DNA of 64,000 nucleotides from a virus (Duplodnaviria; Caudoviricetes): IMG/VR virus record IMGVR_UViG_3300031867_000032, positions 17,496 to 81,495 of that record; one strand, 5' to 3'. Shown piece by piece: positions 59,228 to 64,000 of this stretch (position 1 is its first letter; each line of letters starts with the position of its first letter). The notes under the pieces were generated by a model. It saw only the letters and a program-made list of their open reading frames with translations, ran no database searches and was not told where the DNA came from. The position numbers and the translations under genes were made by a program.

Positions 59228-60739
59228 TTATGTTCTCATTGAAATATTCAATTCACCTATTGGAACTAATTCATAATTATATGTTGTACAAAATACTCCG
59301 TCAAAACGACATGTTCCTTTATTTGCGTACATCCAAATATAACATCTATTATACATTCCTCTACGATTCTTGTAAATAGAAAGTTTCACATTCGGCATTC
59401 GCATACCATCATTAACGACATTCGCTAATTTTTCTCTATCTTCATCTGTTGTATCAAGAAGAATCATTCCCATATCAATTTTATCTGCGATTGATTTTGC
59501 TCCTCGCAATAAATTTTGATCAGGTATATCTGACGTTTTCCAATCTTGATTTAACTGAGTTGAAGATAAAATAAAAACATTATATTGAGTTGCAATCTCT
59601 TTTAATTTAACACTCAAAAGAAATAATACATTATCTTCTCGTAATCTTACTCCACCAGAACGACGAGTAATTTCTTCAAGAATTTTCATTGAAGTGTGAA
59701 TATAATCTAAGAATACATATTGAACTTCATACATGCGGATGCTACGTTTAATTGAATTTTCAATATCTTTCAGATTAAAATCTGGAATAACTTCAACATA
59801 TAATGGACTTTGCTTAATAATTTCAATTGCTTCTTGAGCTCGCTGTTGTTCCTCAAAACTCATTATATTATTAAGAATATATTCTTCATCAATATCAGCT
59901 AAAAATGAAACCATCATTGTTTGAATTTCTTCAAGTTCCAACTCTGTACTAATAAAAAATGCAGGAAAAGCTAATCCATTATCTTGCCACTCTCCATTTT
60001 TCCAAATTTTACTACATCCGCAATTACAAAAATCTGCAATCATTGAACGAGTTTTACCTACACCGGTCGCCGCGGATCTAAGATAAAATTTTCCTAAACG
60101 CATACCTCTTGTTACTGTATTAACTAAATCTCCATACATCGGCTGACCTACATCTGGAGTTTCAGCTAATGATGCAAATAATTCATCAATACCTGCGGAC
60201 GCTGAAATACTATCATCTGTTGAATTATCTACATATTCTGCCCGCACATGTGCGATCTTATTATCTATTTGATCTGCAATTTCATCAAGACTAAGACTAT
60301 TAAGATATGCTATCTTTGTTTCTCTCTTGGATTGATCTAATTCATCTGGATCATAAATCCAAGAGACATCAATACCTATCTTATTATACTCTCTTAACAA
60401 AGTAAACTTTTTTGTTTGAGCATAATAATAATCAAAATTACTTCTATCTGCTTGTTCTGCGGCAGTTAATAAAAATCTTGCTCCATCATTTGCTTTATAA
60501 GTTGCATAAGCATGCGGCCGAGATTGTAAATAATTCTCAATAGATTGAACTGTAACTTGCCGCACACCCATTGTATGCATATTAGATAAGGATGCAAAAA
60601 TAATTTGATGAAATTCTTTTACAAAATCCGCAGTTGTTAAAAAATATTTACCTTCATCATCTAGAATTGTAATATCATCGATAAGACAACCCAATAATTG
60701 AACTAGAGAAGGTGTATCTGCATAACGTGAACTATCCAA
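59228..60739 (-). CDS. dnaB: DnaB-like replicative helicase, 503 aa
   Basis: SAATGVGKT Walker A, ISTELE, FLDYI, SSTQLN, LRGAKSIADKID, KNRRG. Confidence 0.92.
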   Translation of the reverse strand: MDSSRYADTPSLVQLLGCLIDDITILDDEGKYFLTTADFVKEFHQIIFASLSNMHTMGVRQVTVQSIENYLQSRPHAYATYKANDGARFLLTAAEQADRSNFDYYYAQTKKFTLLREYNKIGIDVSWIYDPDELDQSKRETKIAYLNSLSLDEIADQIDNKIAHVRAEYVDNSTDDSISASAGIDELFASLAETPDVGQPMYGDLVNTVTRGMRLGKFYLRSAATGVGKTRSMIADFCNCGCSKIWKNGEWQDNGLAFPAFFISTELELEEIQTMMVSFLADIDEEYILNNIMSFEEQQRAQEAIEIIKQSPLYVEVIPDFNLKDIENSIKRSIRMYEVQYVFLDYIHTSMKILEEITRRSGGVRLREDNVLFLLSVKLKEIATQYNVFILSSTQLNQDWKTSDIPDQNLLRGAKSIADKIDMGMILLDTTDEDREKLANVVNDGMRMPNVKLSIYKNRRGMYNRCYIWMYANKGTCRFDGVFCTTYNYELVPIGELNISMRT

Positions 60740-60749
60740 ATGATACCTC

Positions 60750-61223
60750 CTAATCTAATTCATAAAATTTAACATGACGAGGTTTTGTAATCGGAGTTGC
60801 TTTACCAACTACATTTTTAGTTTCTGTAATAAAATCTTTAATTTTTTTTCCTTTATTTAATTCAGCATTTACAGTTTGTTGTTGAGCATATTTTAAATAT
60901 TCTGCATAAACATATGGTACAATTCCAATACCACCATTTGCTTGAGATGTATCAGAATGTTTTATTTCATACCAATATATTAATGTTTTATAAATTGAAT
61001 CAATTGTCATTCCTTCTTTAGAAACAAAATTTTTAATTTGAGATTCAACTTTTGTTTTTGAATACCCCATACCCAATACATGCTGCATTAATTGATGAAT
61101 TTGTTCTACTGAATCTGCACAATTTTTGTGTGCATATCTGCGGCCAAGCTGAACAAATTCTGTATCTTCTCTTTGAAAGGACTGGCCGCAATATGGACAT
61201 TTCACAGGTGCAAGTTTTGCCAT
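60750..61223 (-). CDS. Zn-ribbon protein upstream of helicase, 157 aa
   Basis: CPYCG...HKNC, GIGIVPYVY; first gene after promoter. Confidence 0.7.
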   Translation of the reverse strand: MAKLAPVKCPYCGQSFQREDTEFVQLGRRYAHKNCADSVEQIHQLMQHVLGMGYSKTKVESQIKNFVSKEGMTIDSIYKTLIYWYEIKHSDTSQANGGIGIVPYVYAEYLKYAQQQTVNAELNKGKKIKDFITETKNVVGKATPITKPRHVKFYELD

Positions 61224-61255
61224 TAAACTCCTTTCATCGATATTTTTATCAATTA

Positions 61256-61284
61256 ATTATAACATATATTTCCATTTTTGTCAA
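61256..61284 (-). promoter_or_regulatory. Consensus sigma70 promoter for helicase/primase operon
   Basis: TTGACA-N17-TATAAT with extended TG. Confidence 0.88.
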
Positions 61285-61286
61285 AT

Positions 61287-61317
61287 AAAAAAGCCACCCT
61301 CAGAAAGAGGATGGCTT
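61287..61317 (-). terminator. Terminator after tRNA pair
   Basis: aagccatcctc-N5-gagggtggctt with T tract. Confidence 0.85.
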
Positions 61318-61328
61318 GAAAATTAATC

Positions 61329-61419
61329 TGGCGGGGCAACTGGCATCCGACGCCAATACTCCTTTCAGAGTACGATCCGCTTAGCAGGCGGTCCTAGTTC
61401 CCCACTAGTTGTCTGCCCC
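61329..61419 (-). tRNA. tRNA-Ser(GCT), non-canonical D and T arms
   Basis: GGGGCAG/TTGCCCC acceptor, G73 + CCA, loop CTGCTAA, long variable arm; A8 and T-loop GTCGGAT. Confidence 0.75.
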
Positions 61420-61510
61420 GGAGGAGAGTAAGGGATTTGAACCCTTGAGACGCTATAAACGCCTTCCTGTTTTCTAGACAGGTGCCATCGACCAACTCGG
61501 CCAACTCTCC
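61420..61510 (-). tRNA. tRNA-Ser(AGA), A34 anticodon
   Basis: GGAGAGT/ACTCTCC acceptor, CCTGT-CTAGAAA-ACAGG anticodon arm, long variable arm, GGTTCAAATCC T arm; ends TCC abutting the next tRNA. Confidence 0.85.
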
Positions 61511-61511
61511 A

Positions 61512-61730
61512 TTAAGAATTGAAACTAAAAGTCATTTGAATAAATATTCCATCAGTTTGATAATAAGCAACAACGTATAATGTTTTTTCTATAGTATCAG
61601 AAGTATTACTATCACAATACCAATGATCAAATATTAAATTATGATTTTTAAGAAATTCTTGAATTTCTTCTAAAGTTTTACAATTTTTAATTTGTGCTAA
61701 TTCATTACCAACATTCATTCTATAGTCCAT
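61512..61730 (-). CDS. Hypothetical protein, 72 aa
   Basis: Intact ORF overlapping AAA gene stop. Confidence 0.55.
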   Translation of the reverse strand: MDYRMNVGNELAQIKNCKTLEEIQEFLKNHNLIFDHWYCDSNTSDTIEKTLYVVAYYQTDGIFIQMTFSFNS

Positions 61731-62724
61731 TACCTACAGCTTCCGTTAGTTCATCTACAATAAGAACAAGTTGTTCTGCTTGATCACGAGACATTTCAGA
61801 AACCTTCTTACCCTTACCAAGATATTTATCAGTAATAGCTACAATGCGGGGTGCCCATGTAGTACCAAATGCACCACCAGTTGCATTTTGAATCTTAGAA
61901 ACAAGAGTATTAAACTGATTCATAAGATCATCAAAATCTAATTCTGGTTCTGCAACATGTGCTTGAGTAGGTGCATCAGTTACATATTTTCCGTTAAAAT
62001 CTTTTGCTTGCCGATCGATTGCATCACCAATTGCATTGACGAGGTTATCATAACTAAACTCAATGCTATCAGGGGTGTATTTAAATCGAGAGCCAGCCAC
62101 AAAACGAGGGGTGCCACGCATAAATAGAGTGGTATGTACAGTACCATCTTCCTCTTGGAAGGGATGTGCATACCCAATAATATCACTCATGCGATCAACC
62201 ACAAGACGAGGTTGATTTGCCAAAGTAGGTACAATCTGCTGATATTCCTCTCCATTTTCATCTTTAAAAGTTTTATCTTGTGCGTGAGAAATCATTACAA
62301 GACCATAACCCATCTGAGGAATTTTACGGAGAGCTTCATCAAATTCCTTTTTAGCTAGGGCGTAACCTTTACCATATGCAAGATCGCCCACAGTTGATAC
62401 ACCATTTTGATTACAAATATATTTCTCACAAAGGTCGTATGCAATATCTACAGTATCAACAATAACATTTTTAAATTGTTGACGAGCTTGATCAGAATCA
62501 AGCTGACGTAGAATTTGTTTAAACTCAGACCACTTATTAACTGGCTGAGCCATTACACCAGGAATTGCAAGATAACCTGTCTCGAAAGCACAAAGAAGTG
62601 CCTTTGGAAATTGTGCTGCTGTAGTAGTTTTACCAGTTTTAGGTTGACCATACAGAAGCACAGTATATCCACAGAGGTCGCGACTGACCTCATGTGGTTT
62701 AATTGCAAAAATGTCAATCGCCAT
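61720..62724 (-). CDS. AAA_24/Sak4-like ATPase (recombination), 334 aa
   Basis: LYGQPKTGKTT, VIVDTVD, LVMISHAQ, DIIGY, AGSRF. Confidence 0.85.
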   Translation of the reverse strand: MAIDIFAIKPHEVSRDLCGYTVLLYGQPKTGKTTTAAQFPKALLCAFETGYLAIPGVMAQPVNKWSEFKQILRQLDSDQARQQFKNVIVDTVDIAYDLCEKYICNQNGVSTVGDLAYGKGYALAKKEFDEALRKIPQMGYGLVMISHAQDKTFKDENGEEYQQIVPTLANQPRLVVDRMSDIIGYAHPFQEEDGTVHTTLFMRGTPRFVAGSRFKYTPDSIEFSYDNLVNAIGDAIDRQAKDFNGKYVTDAPTQAHVAEPELDFDDLMNQFNTLVSKIQNATGGAFGTTWAPRIVAITDKYLGKGKKVSEMSRDQAEQLVLIVDELTEAVGNGL

Positions 62725-62734
62725 TTAAGACCTC

Positions 62735-63712
62735 CTAGAACTTGAAATTAGATGCGGCAGTTGGTGAAGAAGTAGTTGTAGTTCCACCTGCAAAAGGTAG
62801 ATCATTATCTACACTCTTAGTTGCAGATGCAGGAAAACCACTCTGACCCGTAGAAGAACTATTACGAGCTTCCGCACGTGCTTTGGCCTCACCTTTTTGT
62901 ACCTCACGATTCTGTAGACCCTGCTTAAACTCAGCTACAGTGATTGTAGATTCATCATCCCAAGGATAAGGCTCAGGAGAACATCCATCCATTTGCCACA
63001 TACGAAGAGTACGAGTTGTATACTCAACCTGTGGAGCTCCCCACGCAGTTTCTACTTGACGCTCAATCTTCTGAGTTGAAGATACAATCTTACCCCAAAC
63101 ATAAACTAGATAAGGAGTATTAATTGAAATATCAAGACTTTCAAAATACTTAATACCACCTGCATCAGTTAGAGAATAAGTTACAGGAATAAGATCACCA
63201 CGGAAATTAAATACATAACCACTAATATTCATATAATCATTTCCGTCTTCAACTTCAACTAGATTTGTCCCAGTAATAAGCATATCGGTTTCAAAGTTAT
63301 TACGCTTATCACGGAAACCATCATTTGCATAATGAGTAAATCCACCACGAATTTGCTTAGATTCGACCATGTTACCATCACGGCCCATAAAATCATTTAC
63401 CTCAACATCACCTTGGATACGAAGTTTAGTTGCTTTATCTTTACCATCCTTCTCCCAAGTAGCACCACCATCAATAAGAGCTTTTAGAATCGTATAAGTC
63501 TCATTCTCTTTTCCGCTCTTCCAGAAAGGTACAACATAAGTATAACGAACACTGACAATATTAATCCCATCTTCGTCCGTTGCAATATTTACAGTACCAT
63601 TAATATACTCCTGACCAGGATTCTTGCTATTTGGACCTGCTACATTTGGAAAGAGACTAAAATTATAAACATAACCCTCTACGTATACAACATTTTTCCA
63701 ATTATCACGCAT
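62735..63712 (-). CDS. Single-stranded DNA-binding-like protein, 325 aa
   Basis: Two OB-like halves, flexible tail with DLPF and KF end, next to AAA ATPase. Confidence 0.6.
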   Translation of the reverse strand: MRDNWKNVVYVEGYVYNFSLFPNVAGPNSKNPGQEYINGTVNIATDEDGINIVSVRYTYVVPFWKSGKENETYTILKALIDGGATWEKDGKDKATKLRIQGDVEVNDFMGRDGNMVESKQIRGGFTHYANDGFRDKRNNFETDMLITGTNLVEVEDGNDYMNISGYVFNFRGDLIPVTYSLTDAGGIKYFESLDISINTPYLVYVWGKIVSSTQKIERQVETAWGAPQVEYTTRTLRMWQMDGCSPEPYPWDDESTITVAEFKQGLQNREVQKGEAKARAEARNSSSTGQSGFPASATKSVDNDLPFAGGTTTTSSPTAASNFKF

Positions 63713-63752
63713 ATAAATTCCTCTTTCAATCGTCTCTTTTATTTACATATAT

Positions 63753-63781
63753 ATTATAATATATTTTTTATTGCTCGTCAA
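63753..63781 (-). promoter_or_regulatory. Sigma70 promoter for SSB/AAA/tRNA operon
   Basis: TTGACG-N17-TATAAT. Confidence 0.82.
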
Positions 63782-64000
63782 CAGAATTTTCTTGACTTAG
63801 ATCTGGAAATTCTCCAGTAATCCATTCCTGCATTGGGAGTGTATGAACCCAATTAACAAAATCTTCACGCCAACCTGAAAGACGATGACTCTTACGCTGA
63901 TTATACATGGTACGAAGAACTTGATAATTAAGACTTACCATACGAGTTTGGAGAAAACCTTCAGGAAGCATAGCTTTAATCTTTTCAAAATATTGCTCTT
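63768..64000 (-). CDS. thyX: ThyX-like thymidylate synthase, C-terminal part (runs off window)
   Basis: LPEGFLQTRMVSLNYQVLRTMYNQRKSHRL...W..F..WV..LP. Confidence 0.55.
   Translation of the reverse strand, partial: EQYFEKIKAMLPEGFLQTRMVSLNYQVLRTMYNQRKSHRLSGWREDFVNWVHTLPMQEWITGEFPDLSQENSVDEQ

Noticed and set aside
47820-60739. Introns or inteins in nrdD, dnaE or dnaB
   Set aside because: All three are uninterrupted and of ordinary length with motifs in normal order.
61329-61510. Opal suppressor tRNA explaining the recoding
   Set aside because: Anticodons read GCT and AGA, not TCA; any suppressor must lie outside this window.

Overview
This is a 64 kb segment of a large, AT-rich tailed (siphovirus-like) bacteriophage genome that reads TGA as tryptophan (genetic code 4). 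The standard-code ORF track therefore fragments or misses many genes, and coordinates below are re-called by hand with TGA=Trp and TAA/TAG as stops. The + strand (1-43514) is a late morphogenesis/lysis region. It holds a 3118-aa tape measure protein carrying two tandem Hint (intein-like) domains, several very large tail/baseplate proteins, a family of fibre-like proteins sharing an N-terminal motif, a holin and a GH25/NlpC-P60/PG-binding endolysin. The - strand (43556-64000) is a replication/nucleotide-metabolism region: RuvC-like resolvase, dUTPase, two Vsr-like endonucleases, class III RNR with NrdG and an NrdH-like redoxin, guanylate kinase, DnaE, a DUF262 protein, RecJ, primase, DnaB helicase, two atypical tRNA-Ser genes, an AAA ATPase, an SSB-like protein and a partial ThyX-like gene. 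The two arms converge on a bidirectional terminator near 43530. Two signals stand out. First, TGA-Trp use is stratified by gene class: none of about 49 Trp codons in seven core replication genes is TGA, whereas most Trp codons in tail and lysis genes are, which suggests a translational early/late switch. Second, a tandem pair of Hint domains lacking a +1 nucleophile sits inside the tape measure protein and may cut it autocatalytically. All family assignments are from motif recognition by eye; no database searches were run.
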